Source: Acidobacteriota bacterium (GTDB lineage: Bacteria > Acidobacteriota > Thermoanaerobaculia > Gp7-AA8). From it: DNA of 64,000 nucleotides. The notes beneath the pieces were generated by a model, which saw only the letters and a program-made list of their open reading frames with translations, was not told the DNA's origin and made no database searches. The stretch is from the NCBI GenBank assembly GCA_019244185.1, contig JAFATB010000025.1, positions 96,001-160,000 on the forward strand, given 5' to 3'. A program made the position numbers and the translations under genes. Within the stretch, counting starts at the first letter, position 1. Each line of letters starts with the position of its first letter. Shown piece after piece: positions 9,042-18,952 of the stretch.

Positions 9042-9057
9042 CGGCAGAGCGCTTGCG
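9042..9057 (+). promoter_or_regulatory. Sigma54 (-24/-12) promoter of the transporter operon
   Basis: cGGcagagcgcttGC: GG 9043-9044, exactly 10 nt, GC 9055-9056 in TTGC context; a sigma54 activator is encoded in the same cluster. Confidence 0.65.
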
Positions 9058-9073
9058 GAAGAGCGCGGCCACG

Positions 9074-10324
9074 ATGGACATCGTCCGGCCCGCAGCACCT
9101 CGCAGAAAACTCGTTCGCCGCGGCGTCATCGGCGGCGCGATCCTCGCCGTCGCGCTGACGACCCTCGGCCTCGCGCGGCTCAAGCCCGCGGCGCCCGAAG
9201 TCGACCGCAACACGCTCGTCCTCGACACGGTGAAGCGCGGTCCGTTGACGCGCGAGGTGCGCGGCACGGGCGTGCTCACGCCGGAAGACGTGCGCTGGAT
9301 CTCGACGGCGACCGACGCGCGCGTCGAGCGCGTCGTCGTGCAGCCGGGCGCCGTCGTGCGCGCCGACACCGTCGTCGTCGAGCTGTCGAACGATCAGCAG
9401 CAGCAGGCCTCGAGCGACGCCGAATGGCAGCTGCGCGCCGCGCAGGCGGACTACGAGACGATGCGTGCGCAGCTCGAGAACGAGCGGCTCGACCGCGAGG
9501 CGGGTCTCGCGCGCCTGCGTGCCGAGGCGAAGCAGGCGGCGCTGCATGCCGACGCGGACGCCGAGCTCGAACGGCAGGGACTGGCCGCGCACATCACGCG
9601 CGAGATCTCGCGCACGTCGGCGGACGAAACGCAGAACCGCATGAAGATCGAAGAGACGCGGCTGCGCGTCTCGGCCGCGGCGCAGGAGTCGCGGCTCGCG
9701 GCGGCGAAAGCGCTCGTCGAACAGCGGCGCGCGTTCCGCGATCTGCAGCGCGAGCGCGTCGACGCGCTGCGCGTACGCGCGGGCATCGACGGCGTGTTGC
9801 AGCAGGTCAGCGTGCAGGCCGGGCAGCGCGTCGCGGCCGGCACCGCGATCGCGCGCATCGCGCGGCCGGAGCGGCTCAAGGCGGAGATCCGCATCGCGGA
9901 GACGCAGGCGAAAGACATTGTCGTCGGCCAGCGCGCGATGCTCGACACGCGCAACGGACTCGCGGCCGCGCATGTCGCGCGCATCGATCCGTCGGTGCGC
10001 GAAGGCACGGTGACGATCGATCTCGCCATCGACGGCGCGCTGCCGCCGGGCGCACGTCCCGATCTCTCCGTCGACGCGACCATCGAACTCGAACGGATCG
10101 CGGACACGCTGAGCGTCGCGCGTCCGTCGAGCGCGCCGGAGAACGGCACCGGCGCGCTCTTCAAACTCTCCGCCGACGGCACGACCGCCACCCGCACGCC
10201 GGTGACGTTCGGCCGCGCGTCGGCGTCTTCCATTGAAATCCGCCGCGGCCTCGCGCCGGGAGACTCGGTGATCGTCTCCGACGCGACCGCGCTGTACCAG
10301 TACGACCGCATCCGCATCCGCTGA
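9074..10324 (+). CDS. Periplasmic adaptor subunit (HlyD/MacA-like)
   Basis: N-terminal TM, long coiled coil, VRAGIDGVLQ..GQRV, ARPDLSVDATIE. Confidence 0.9.
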   Translation: MDIVRPAAPRRKLVRRGVIGGAILAVALTTLGLARLKPAAPEVDRNTLVLDTVKRGPLTREVRGTGVLTPEDVRWISTATDARVERVVVQPGAVVRADTVVVELSNDQQQQASSDAEWQLRAAQADYETMRAQLENERLDREAGLARLRAEAKQAALHADADAELERQGLAAHITREISRTSADETQNRMKIEETRLRVSAAAQESRLAAAKALVEQRRAFRDLQRERVDALRVRAGIDGVLQQVSVQAGQRVAAGTAIARIARPERLKAEIRIAETQAKDIVVGQRAMLDTRNGLAAAHVARIDPSVREGTVTIDLAIDGALPPGARPDLSVDATIELERIADTLSVARPSSAPENGTGALFKLSADGTTATRTPVTFGRASASSIEIRRGLAPGDSVIVSDATALYQYDRIRIR

Positions 10325-10335
10325 GAGGACGAACG

Positions 10336-11067
10336 ATGAACGAAGCGCTGATCCATCTACAGGACGTCAACAAAGTCTTCATCACCGAGGAGCTCGAGAC
10401 GCACGCGCTGACGAGCGTGCACCTCACCATTACGAAGGGCGAGTACGTCTCGATCGCCGGCCCTTCCGGCTGCGGCAAGTCGACGCTGCTCTCGATCCTC
10501 GGTTTGCTCGACGCGCCGAGCTCCGGCCGCTACACGCTCGCCGGACACGAGGTCGCGTCGCTCGCGCCCGCCGAGCGCGCGCGCATCCGCAACCGCGAGG
10601 TCGGCTTCATCTTCCAGGCGTTCAATCTCATCGGCGATCTCACGGTGTACGAGAACGTCGAGCTGCCGCTCACCTATCGCGGCATTCCGCCGGCGGAGCG
10701 GAAGCGTCGCGCCGTCGATGCGCTCGAGCGCGTCGGCATGGCCCATCGCACGAAGCACTATCCGGCGCAGCTCTCCGGCGGACAACAGCAGCGCGTCGCG
10801 GTCGCGCGCGCTCTTGCCGGCGAGCCGGCGATCCTGCTGGCGGACGAGCCGACCGGCAACCTCGACTCGAAGAACGGCGAGGCGGTGATGGACCTCCTGC
10901 GCGAGCTGCACCGCGGCGGCGCGACCATCTGCATGGTCACGCACGACCCGCGCTTCACGCGTTACGCCGACCGCACGCTGCATCTCTTCGACGGCCGCAT
11001 CGTCGAAGAGACGCGGCAGCGCGATGCCGAGGAAAAGCTGAGCGAGAGCGGATTCGCGATCGCGTGA
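10336..11067 (+). CDS. ABC transporter ATP-binding protein (MacB/LolD type)
   Basis: Walker A GPSGCGKST, LSGGQQQRVA, LLADEPTGNLD, VTHD. Confidence 0.96.
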   Translation: MNEALIHLQDVNKVFITEELETHALTSVHLTITKGEYVSIAGPSGCGKSTLLSILGLLDAPSSGRYTLAGHEVASLAPAERARIRNREVGFIFQAFNLIGDLTVYENVELPLTYRGIPPAERKRRAVDALERVGMAHRTKHYPAQLSGGQQQRVAVARALAGEPAILLADEPTGNLDSKNGEAVMDLLRELHRGGATICMVTHDPRFTRYADRTLHLFDGRIVEETRQRDAEEKLSESGFAIA

Positions 11068-11077
11068 GGAGGCTTCG

Positions 11078-13504
11078 ATGCACGATCTTCTGTTCGACTT
11101 CCGTTTCGGCCTGCGCGCGCTGCTGCGCAACCGCGGCTTCGCGCTGATCTCGATCGCCACGCTGGCCCTCGCCCTCGGCGCGAACAGCGCGATCTTCAGC
11201 GTCGTCAACGCGATTCTGCTGCGGCCGCTGCCGTTCTCGACGTCCGACCGGCTCGTCACGATCGCGGGCTACAACGCCGCGCGCGGCAGCCGCGCCGAGG
11301 CGGAGATCAACTCTTGGCCGAACCTCGCGGACGTGCACAAACAGTCGCGCAAGATCAGCCGCATCGCCGCGTGGTCGCGCAGCGCGGCGTTTCTCTATCC
11401 GGGCGGCGAGCCGGTGCGCCTCAACGGCGCGTCGGTCGGCCGCGAGCTCTTCGAGATTCTCGACGTGAAGCCGGAGCTCGGGCGTCCGTTCACGGCCGCG
11501 GAAGACTCGCCGGGCGCGGCGCCGGTGATCGCGCTGTCGCATGCGACGTGGACGCGCGACTTCGGCGCGGATCCCGGCATCATCGGACGCTCGATCCGTT
11601 TCGGAACCGCGGGCAAGTCGCGCGTCGTCGTCGCGGTGCTGCCGCCGGGCGTGCGCTTTCCGATCGACGCCGACCCGGTCGACTTCTGGATTCCGGTCGA
11701 GCCGCTGCTGGAGGCCAACTACACCGAACGCGGGGCGTGGTACCTCGACGCGATCGGACTGCTCGCGCCGGGAGCGACGGTCGATCAGGCGCAGGCGGAC
11801 GCGACGCTCATCGCGAAGCGGCTGGAGAAGGCGTATCCCGAGAACGACACCAACTTCCGGCTCGCCATCGACTCGCTGCAGGACCGGCTGACGCAGAACG
11901 TGCGGCCGTCGCTGCTGCTGCTCATGACCGCGGTGGGCGTGGTGCTGCTCATCGGCTGTGCGAACGTGGCCAATCTGTCGCTCGCACGCGGCGCGGCGCG
12001 GCATCGCGAGATCGCCATCCGCGCCGCCCTCGGCGCGACGCGTGCGCGCATCGTGCGGCAGCTGCTCGCGGAGAGCCTGCTGCTCGCGCTCGGGGCGGGC
12101 GTCGTCGGCTTGCTCTTCGCGTCGTGGGGTCTGCAGCTCCTTGTCTCGCTCGCGCCTCCGGGTGTGCCGCGGCTCGATGCGGTGACGCTCGACGCGCGCG
12201 TGCTCGCATTCGCGCTCGCGCTGTCCGTCGCCACCGGACTGCTCTTCGGTCTCGCGCCGGCGCTGGCGGCGTCGAAGACGAATCTCACCGAGACGCTGAA
12301 CGACGCCACGCGCGGCTCGACGGAAGGTCGCAAGCGCAATCGCGTGCGCAACGCGATCGTCGTCGCGGAGATCGCGTTGTCGCTGGTCATGCTCGTGGGC
12401 GCGGGACTGCTGCTGCGCAGCTTCGTGCAGTTGCTGCACACGAATCCCGGCTTCGAGCCGCGCGGCGTCGCGGTGCTGGAGGTCAGTCCGCGCGTGAATC
12501 TCTACGCGGAAGACCCGCAGGTGCTGGCGATGCAGAACCGCATCCTCGACGAGCTCGCGCGTACGCCGGGCGTGCAGTCGGCGGGCCTCATCGACGCGCT
12601 GCCGCTCGCCGGCGACCAGCAGATCAACACGTTCACGATCGTCGGCCACGCGCCCTTCCCGCCGGGCGAAGGACCGGCGGCGACCGTGCTCTCGGTGACG
12701 CCGACGCTGTTCGAAACGATGCAGATCACGCTGCAGCGCGGCCGCCCGTTCACGGCGCACGACGACGCCAACGCGCAGCCGGTGGTGATCGTCGACGAGA
12801 CGTTCGCGAACCGCTTCTTCCCGAGCGTCGATCCGATCGGGCGCCAGATCGCGTTTCACAGCGGGAAGCCGAAGACGATCGTCGGCGTCGTGCGCGGCAT
12901 CCGCTTCGCGACGCTCACCGAGGCGCCGACGATGACGTTCTATCTGCCGCAGGCGCAGCGCACCGTGCGGCGCGTGAGCATCGTCGCGCGCACGGCGGAT
13001 CCCGACGCGTTGCTGCCGGCCATGCGCGCCATCGTGCGGCGCATCGATCCGCAGCAGCCGGTGCTCGGCGTGCGCACGCTCGAAGCCGTGCGGGCCGACA
13101 CGCTCGCGGGACGGCGCTTCACGCTCACGCTCCTCGGCGTCCTCGCCGCGCTCGCGCTGCTGCTCGCCGCGGTCGGCATCTACAGCATCATGAGCTACTC
13201 CGTCGCGCAGCGGACGTCCGAGATCGGCATCCGCATGGCCCTCGGTGCGCGCGCGGAAGACGTCTTCCGCCTCATCGTCGGACAGGCCGCGCGCGTGACG
13301 GCCGTCGGGGTCGGGCTCGGCATGATCGCGGCGCTGATCGTCACGCGGATGATGCGCAGCCTGCTCTACGGCGTCGCACCGGGCGATCCGCTGACGATCG
13401 TCGCGATCTGTCTGCTCCTCGGCGGCGTGGCGCTCGTCGCGAGCTGGGTCCCCGCGCGGCGCGCGGCGCGCGTCGATCCCCTGCTGGCGATCTACAACAG
13501 CTGA
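11078..13504 (+). CDS. Duplicated MacB/FtsX ABC permease (ADOP-type)
   Basis: LALGANSAIFSVVNAILLRPLP; LLIGCANVANL..REIAIRAALGA; SVAQRTSEIGIRMALGA; PARRAARVDP. Confidence 0.93.
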   Translation: MHDLLFDFRFGLRALLRNRGFALISIATLALALGANSAIFSVVNAILLRPLPFSTSDRLVTIAGYNAARGSRAEAEINSWPNLADVHKQSRKISRIAAWSRSAAFLYPGGEPVRLNGASVGRELFEILDVKPELGRPFTAAEDSPGAAPVIALSHATWTRDFGADPGIIGRSIRFGTAGKSRVVVAVLPPGVRFPIDADPVDFWIPVEPLLEANYTERGAWYLDAIGLLAPGATVDQAQADATLIAKRLEKAYPENDTNFRLAIDSLQDRLTQNVRPSLLLLMTAVGVVLLIGCANVANLSLARGAARHREIAIRAALGATRARIVRQLLAESLLLALGAGVVGLLFASWGLQLLVSLAPPGVPRLDAVTLDARVLAFALALSVATGLLFGLAPALAASKTNLTETLNDATRGSTEGRKRNRVRNAIVVAEIALSLVMLVGAGLLLRSFVQLLHTNPGFEPRGVAVLEVSPRVNLYAEDPQVLAMQNRILDELARTPGVQSAGLIDALPLAGDQQINTFTIVGHAPFPPGEGPAATVLSVTPTLFETMQITLQRGRPFTAHDDANAQPVVIVDETFANRFFPSVDPIGRQIAFHSGKPKTIVGVVRGIRFATLTEAPTMTFYLPQAQRTVRRVSIVARTADPDALLPAMRAIVRRIDPQQPVLGVRTLEAVRADTLAGRRFTLTLLGVLAALALLLAAVGIYSIMSYSVAQRTSEIGIRMALGARAEDVFRLIVGQAARVTAVGVGLGMIAALIVTRMMRSLLYGVAPGDPLTIVAICLLLGGVALVASWVPARRAARVDPLLAIYNS

Positions 13505-13523
13505 CTGAGATGATGCGCAGCGA

Positions 13524-14864
13524 ATGAACGCGCCTCGCATTCTCATCGCGGACGACAGCGCCGACGTGGTCGAGGCGCTGCGTCTCGCGCTGAAGCAGGA
13601 AGGCTACGAGATCGAAGCCGTGTCGTCGCCCGGCGCGGTGATCCGCGCCGCCGGCGCGCACGACTTCGATCTCGCGATCATCGATCTCAACTACACGCGC
13701 GACACGACCTCGGGTGCCGAAGGTCTCGATCTCCTCGAACAGCTGCACGCGTACGACAGCGCGCTGCCGGTCGTGGTGATGACGGCGTGGGCGACGGTCG
13801 AGATCGCGGTCGAGGCGATGCGGCGCGGCGCGCGCGACTTTCTGCAGAAGCCGTGGGACAACGCGCGCCTGCTGGCGATCGTGCGCAATCAGACCGAGCT
13901 CTCGCGCGCGCTGCGGCGCAACGAGCGGCTCGAGAAAAATCTCTCCACGCCCGAGCTCGAGATGGTCGCGGCCTCGCCGGCGATGAAGCCGGTGCTGGAG
14001 CTGATCCGGCGCATCGGACCGTCGGACGCGAACGTGTTGATCCGTGGCGAGAACGGCACGGGGAAAGGCGTCGTTGCGCGCGCGCTGCACGCGGCGTCGA
14101 AACGCGCCGCGCGGCCGCTCGTCTCCGTCAACGCGGGCGGATTGTCCGAGGGTGTCTTTGAGAGCGAGTTGTTCGGACACGCGAAGGGCGCGTTCACGGA
14201 CGCGAAGAGCGAACGCATCGGACGCTTCGAGCTCGCGGACGGCGGCACGCTGTTTCTCGACGAGATCGCGAACGTGCCGCTGGCGCAACAGGCGAAACTG
14301 CTGCGCGTCGTCGAGAGCGGCGAGTTCGAACGCGTCGGCTCGTCGAAGACGCTGCGCGTCGACGTGCGGCTGATCTCCGCGACGAATGCCGCGCTCGAAG
14401 ACGACGTCGAAGCGGGACGCTTCCGCCGCGATCTGCTCTTCCGCCTCAACACGGTCGAGATCCGCCTGCCGCCGCTGCGCGACCGGCGCGACGACATTCC
14501 GGCGCTCGCGGCGCACTTTCTCCGCGCGACCGCGCGACGCTATCGCAAGCAGATCGCCGGCTTCGACGCGCCCGCGCTCAAGGCGCTGCTCGATCACGCG
14601 TGGCCGGGCAACGTGCGCGAACTGGAGCACGTCGTCGAACGCGCGGTGCTGATGACCGGCGGCGCGCAGATCGCGCGCAGCGACCTCGGGCTCGCGCCCG
14701 CGGCGAACGAAGGACGCCTCGACGATCTCTCGCTCGAAGAGGTCGAGGCGCTGCTGATCCGCAAGGCGCTGGTGCGATTCGACGGCAACGTCAGCAAGGC
14801 CGCCGACGCGCTCGGCTTGAGTCGCAGCGCGCTGTATCGCAGGATTCAGCGATACGGTCTCTGA
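13524..14864 (+). CDS. Sigma54-dependent response regulator (NtrC family)
   Basis: Receiver domain; GENGTGK, ESELFGHAKGAFTDA, LFLDEI, WPGNVREL; Fis-type HTH. Confidence 0.95.
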   Translation: MNAPRILIADDSADVVEALRLALKQEGYEIEAVSSPGAVIRAAGAHDFDLAIIDLNYTRDTTSGAEGLDLLEQLHAYDSALPVVVMTAWATVEIAVEAMRRGARDFLQKPWDNARLLAIVRNQTELSRALRRNERLEKNLSTPELEMVAASPAMKPVLELIRRIGPSDANVLIRGENGTGKGVVARALHAASKRAARPLVSVNAGGLSEGVFESELFGHAKGAFTDAKSERIGRFELADGGTLFLDEIANVPLAQQAKLLRVVESGEFERVGSSKTLRVDVRLISATNAALEDDVEAGRFRRDLLFRLNTVEIRLPPLRDRRDDIPALAAHFLRATARRYRKQIAGFDAPALKALLDHAWPGNVRELEHVVERAVLMTGGAQIARSDLGLAPAANEGRLDDLSLEEVEALLIRKALVRFDGNVSKAADALGLSRSALYRRIQRYGL

Positions 14865-16216
14865 TGCGCCGGCCGCTCGCGTACGAAACCCGGATCGTCG
14901 TCACTGCCGCGCTGGCGCTCGCGCCGGTGGCGATCGCCGCAGTGCTGTTCGCGTTCGGCGACGGCGTGTCGGCGCGCGCGCGGTGGACCACGCTCTTCCT
15001 CATCGCAGTCGCGGCGTTCGTCATAGGCGTCATCGTGCGCGAGCAGATCACCTATCCGCTGCGCACCGTCGCGAACCTGCTGACGGCGCTGCGCGAGGAG
15101 AACTACTCGCTGCGCGCGCGACACCGGACGGACGACTCGATCGGCGAGCTGCTCGTCGAGATCAACGCGCTCGCGTCGATGCTGCAGTCGCGCAAACTCG
15201 AAGCGGTGGAAGCCGCGGCGCTGCTGCGCGCGGTGATGGCGGAGATCGACGCGGCGATCTTCACGTTCGATGCGAATGGCCGCCTGCAGCTCGTGAATCG
15301 CGCGGCGGAAACGCTGCTCGCGTTGCCGCGCGCGCGCCTCCTCGGCCGTTCCGCGGAAGAGCTCGGGCTCGCGGAGCTCGTCGCCGACGATGCGCCGCCG
15401 GCCATCGACCGCACGTTTCCCGGCGGCGCGGGACGCTGGAGCATCCGCCGCTCGACCTTTCGCGAACAAGGGTTGCCACATCGGTTGCTCGTCATCGCCG
15501 ACATCACCCGCGCTCTGCGCGCCGAGGAGACGCGCGCGTGGCAGCGCATCGTCCGCGTCCTCGGCCACGAGCTGAACAACTCGCTCGCGCCGATCAAGTC
15601 GATCGGCACGAGCATCGAGTCGCTGGTGACGCGCGAGCCGCTGCCGCGCGACTGGCGCGACGACGTCGTGCGCGGCGCGCGCGTGATCGCCGCGCGCGCG
15701 GAGTCGCTGACGCGTTTCACCAGCGCGTACACGCAGCTCGCGCGCTTGCCGCCGCCGGCACACGATCCGATCGCGACCGCGGAGCTCGTGGCGCGCGTCG
15801 TGGCCATCGAACCGCGCATGCACATCGAGATCGCGCCGGGCAGCGACGTCGCCATCGCCGGCGACGGCGCGCAGATCGAACAGATGCTCATCAACCTGCT
15901 GCGCAACGCCGTCGATGCGTCGCTCGAGACCGGCGGCAGCGTGCGCATCGAATGGAGCGACACGCGTGACGCGGTCGTCGTGCGCATCCTCGACGAAGGC
16001 ATCGGCGTCAGCAGCACGGCGAACCTCTTCGTGCCGTTCTTCACGACGAAGGCGAACGGCACCGGCATCGGCCTGGTGCTCAGCCGCCAGATCGCCGAGG
16101 CGCATGGCGGCAGCGTGACGCTGGAGAACCGGCGCGAGCGCCGCGGCAGCGTGGCCACGGTGACGCTACCGCGCGTCAGCGCTGCTCGCGCTTCATCCCC
16201 TTCCGCGCGCGAATGA
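14864..16216 (+). CDS. Sensor histidine kinase (2 TM, HAMP, PAS-like, HisKA, HATPase)
   Basis: TGATG coupling; H-box HELNNSLAPI, N-box NLLRNA, DEGIG, FFTTK..GTGIGL. Confidence 0.93.
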   Translation: MRRPLAYETRIVVTAALALAPVAIAAVLFAFGDGVSARARWTTLFLIAVAAFVIGVIVREQITYPLRTVANLLTALREENYSLRARHRTDDSIGELLVEINALASMLQSRKLEAVEAAALLRAVMAEIDAAIFTFDANGRLQLVNRAAETLLALPRARLLGRSAEELGLAELVADDAPPAIDRTFPGGAGRWSIRRSTFREQGLPHRLLVIADITRALRAEETRAWQRIVRVLGHELNNSLAPIKSIGTSIESLVTREPLPRDWRDDVVRGARVIAARAESLTRFTSAYTQLARLPPPAHDPIATAELVARVVAIEPRMHIEIAPGSDVAIAGDGAQIEQMLINLLRNAVDASLETGGSVRIEWSDTRDAVVVRILDEGIGVSSTANLFVPFFTTKANGTGIGLVLSRQIAEAHGGSVTLENRRERRGSVATVTLPRVSAARASSPSARE

Positions 16217-17531
16217 CGAAGTGGATCGGGCAACCCGGCAACACGAGCGCCTCGCGGAACTGGTTCTCGAGGTAGCGCCGATACGAAAAGTGCAGCGGCT
16301 CGTCGACGTTCGAGAACAACGCGAACGTCGGCGGCCCCGACTTCAGTTGCGTGACGTAGTAGAAGCGGCGCGGCTTGCCGCGCACCGACGGCGGATTGTG
16401 CGCGGTCACGGCGCGCTCGAGGATGCCGTTGAGGTCCGACGTGCGGAACTTGCGGCGGTACCCGTCGATGATCGCGTCGATCTTCGGGAAGATCTTTTCG
16501 ACGCGCCGGCCGGTCTTCGCGGAGATGAACTCGAGCGGCGCGTACGAGAGGAACTTGAGGCGGAAGCGCGTCTGGTCCTCGAACTTCTTGTAGTCGTCCT
16601 GCGCGTGCTCGCCGACGTCCCACTTGTTGACGAGCAGCATCGCCGCCTTTCCCGCGTCTTCCGCGTAGCCGGCGACCGTCGCGTCCTGCCCCGTCACGCC
16701 CTCGGTCGCGTCGATCATCACCAGCGCGATCTCGCAGCGCTCGATCGCCTTGCGCGCCGAGATCACGGCGAGCTTCTCCGCTTCGTCCGTCGTCTTGCCT
16801 TTGCGGCGGATGCCGGCGGTGTCGATGATGAGATACGGCCGTCCGTTGCGCGTGATCTCCATGTCGATGGCGTCGCGCGTGGTGCCGGAGATCGGCGAGA
16901 CCACCGCCCGCTCCTGCTGCGTGAGGCGGTTGAGCAGCGACGACTTGCCGACGTTCGGGCGGCCGATGATGGCGACGCGGATCGGACCGTTCGCGTCGTC
17001 TTCGTCGTCCTGCGCCGATTCGGCGGGGACGATCTCCGCGATCGCGTCGACGAGATCGTCGACGCCGTCGCCGTGCTCCGCCGACATCGACAGCACGCGC
17101 TCCAAACCGAGCTCCCAGAACTCCGGCACGCTTTCTTCGGCGTCCTTGCGATCGGTCTTGTTGACGACGAGCACGGTCTTCGCCGCCTCGCTGCGCAACT
17201 CCTGCGCGATGTCGCGATCTTCCGCGAGCAATCCCGCCGCGCCGTCGACGACGAAGATGATGAAATCGGCGTCGGCGAGCGCGCGCTGCGCCTGCTCGCG
17301 GATCTCGCCCGCGAACGCCGACATCGGCGTGTCGCCGTATTCGAGTCCGCCCGTGTCGGTGAGCTCGTAGCGGCGGCCGTCATCGAGCTCGACGACGTCG
17401 GTGAGACGGTCGCGGGTCATGCCCGGCAGATCGTGAATCAGCGCGCGGCGCTTGCCCGCGAGGCGGTTGAAGAGCGTCGACTTGCCGACGTTCGGCCGCC
17501 CCACGATCACCACTTTCTTCAGCGACGCCAT
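16176..17531 (-). CDS. der: Ribosome biogenesis GTPase Der (EngA)
   Basis: Two G domains (GRPNVGKS twice, DTGG/DTAG, NKTD/NKWD) and KH-like YRRYLENQFRE; start ATG 17531. Confidence 0.97.
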   Translation of the reverse strand: MASLKKVVIVGRPNVGKSTLFNRLAGKRRALIHDLPGMTRDRLTDVVELDDGRRYELTDTGGLEYGDTPMSAFAGEIREQAQRALADADFIIFVVDGAAGLLAEDRDIAQELRSEAAKTVLVVNKTDRKDAEESVPEFWELGLERVLSMSAEHGDGVDDLVDAIAEIVPAESAQDDEDDANGPIRVAIIGRPNVGKSSLLNRLTQQERAVVSPISGTTRDAIDMEITRNGRPYLIIDTAGIRRKGKTTDEAEKLAVISARKAIERCEIALVMIDATEGVTGQDATVAGYAEDAGKAAMLLVNKWDVGEHAQDDYKKFEDQTRFRLKFLSYAPLEFISAKTGRRVEKIFPKIDAIIDGYRRKFRTSDLNGILERAVTAHNPPSVRGKPRRFYYVTQLKSGPPTFALFSNVDEPLHFSYRRYLENQFREALVLPGCPIHFVIRARKGMKREQR

Positions 17532-18922
17532 CACGACCCTCCCATCGGTCTCTGCAAATACGCGTGCCAGTCGAAGAGACCGAAGGCGAGTTGCGCGTAA
17601 TAGAACAGCACCGCGCCGGCCACGGTGTTGAAGAAGTTCAGCACGCCGTTCGGCATCGGCTCGCCGTGGCGGCGGTTCCAGCTGCCGGCGAGACTCTCGA
17701 GATACGAGCCGCTGAACGCGCAGAGCGCGAGCGCACCGACGAGGCTCCACGAAAAGATCGCGCCGAAGAACTGCCGGTCGACCGCCCACGTCGAAACGAG
17801 CGCGACGATGAAGCCGCCGATCGCGCCGGCGAGCGTGCCTTCGACGGAGATCGCGCCCTCGGTGCCGGTCGGCACGCGCCGCAGCGTGAGCGGCAGGAAG
17901 GCGCGCTTGCCGAGGAGCTGGCCGATCTCGGAGGCAGTCGTGTCGGCGGCGGCGGTGGCGAGCGAGGCGATGCCCATGAAGAGCGGCAGCAGCTCGTACT
18001 CCATCTGTCCCGCTGCCGCGCGCGCGAGGCGCGAGACCGCGATCGCGCAGATGGCCGCGGTGCCGACGTTCGCAAACGCGTGGCTGATGCCGCGACGGCC
18101 GCCGTGTCCTTCCGCGAGTCCGCGCTTCGCTTTCCGTTGATATCCAAGTTTCGTCGCACCGGTGCCGATGATGAAGAACGCCAGCAGCGCGACGTAGAGC
18201 GGCCAGCCGGCGCCGAGGATGATGATCGTGCCGAGGAGAAAGCCGCCGAGCGCGCCGGAGAAGCTCACGCTGCGCGCGAAATAGCCGAGGAGCGCGAGCG
18301 CGCCGTTGACGAGCAGCCACGCCGGCGTGTGCGGCCACGTGCTGTACGGCAGCGTCGGATGAATGCCGGCCACCAGCAGGGCCACGCTCGCCGCGAACGG
18401 CACGGCGAGGTTGTCGTCGACGCCGAGCGGCATCGACTCGACCAGCGCCGCCGCGAGCGTCGCGATGAGCACCACCAGCGGCTCTCGGTAGTTCATCCAG
18501 TACGCCACCGCCAGCGCGCCGGCGCCGCCGAGGACAACGAACGCGATCAGGCCGCCGAGACTTTTGTCGCGATTCCACGGCAGCGGCGCGAGGCGGAACG
18601 CTTTCCCCGCCAGCGTGGCGATGCCGTCGCCGAACGCGAGCAGCATCCAGCCGATGGCGGCGAAGTGCAGCGCGTCGTGGAAGACGAGAATCAGCAGCAG
18701 CACCGCGACGGGATAGAGCACGATGCCCGCGTCGTAGCCGCGCTCGTGGCGCGCGACGGCGCGTCCGACGAGGCGATGCAGCACGAGCCAGTTCGAGACG
18801 ATGGCCACCACGCAGACCGCCGCGGCCATCGGCCACGACAGCCATTTCAGCGCGAAAGCGACCAGGCCGAAGGCGATGTGCAGCGACTTTCGCAGCGTTT
18901 CGTTGGTGACGTGAGCCGGCAT
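17531..18922 (-). CDS. Membrane protein: phytol/dolichol-kinase-like domain fused to DUF92 domain
   Basis: RKSLH, FGDGIATLAG..KSLGG, VES..DDNLAVP; then ADTTASEIG, VPTGTEGAISVEGTLAG, ESLAG, NGVLNFFNT. Confidence 0.85.
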   Translation of the reverse strand: MPAHVTNETLRKSLHIAFGLVAFALKWLSWPMAAAVCVVAIVSNWLVLHRLVGRAVARHERGYDAGIVLYPVAVLLLILVFHDALHFAAIGWMLLAFGDGIATLAGKAFRLAPLPWNRDKSLGGLIAFVVLGGAGALAVAYWMNYREPLVVLIATLAAALVESMPLGVDDNLAVPFAASVALLVAGIHPTLPYSTWPHTPAWLLVNGALALLGYFARSVSFSGALGGFLLGTIIILGAGWPLYVALLAFFIIGTGATKLGYQRKAKRGLAEGHGGRRGISHAFANVGTAAICAIAVSRLARAAAGQMEYELLPLFMGIASLATAAADTTASEIGQLLGKRAFLPLTLRRVPTGTEGAISVEGTLAGAIGGFIVALVSTWAVDRQFFGAIFSWSLVGALALCAFSGSYLESLAGSWNRRHGEPMPNGVLNFFNTVAGAVLFYYAQLAFGLFDWHAYLQRPMGGS

Positions 18923-18952
18923 CTGCGCGGCGAATGATATATACGCCCGCCG

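Noticed and set aside
16176-16216. Convergent 3' overlaps (also 1378-1400, 24851-24873, 27177-27190)
   Set aside because: Short tail overlaps are common in GC-rich genomes; no evidence of function
16176-18845. 889-aa ORF as an extended Der
   Set aside because: The first 438 codons are an off-frame reading of the DUF92 gene; Der motifs start at ATG 17531
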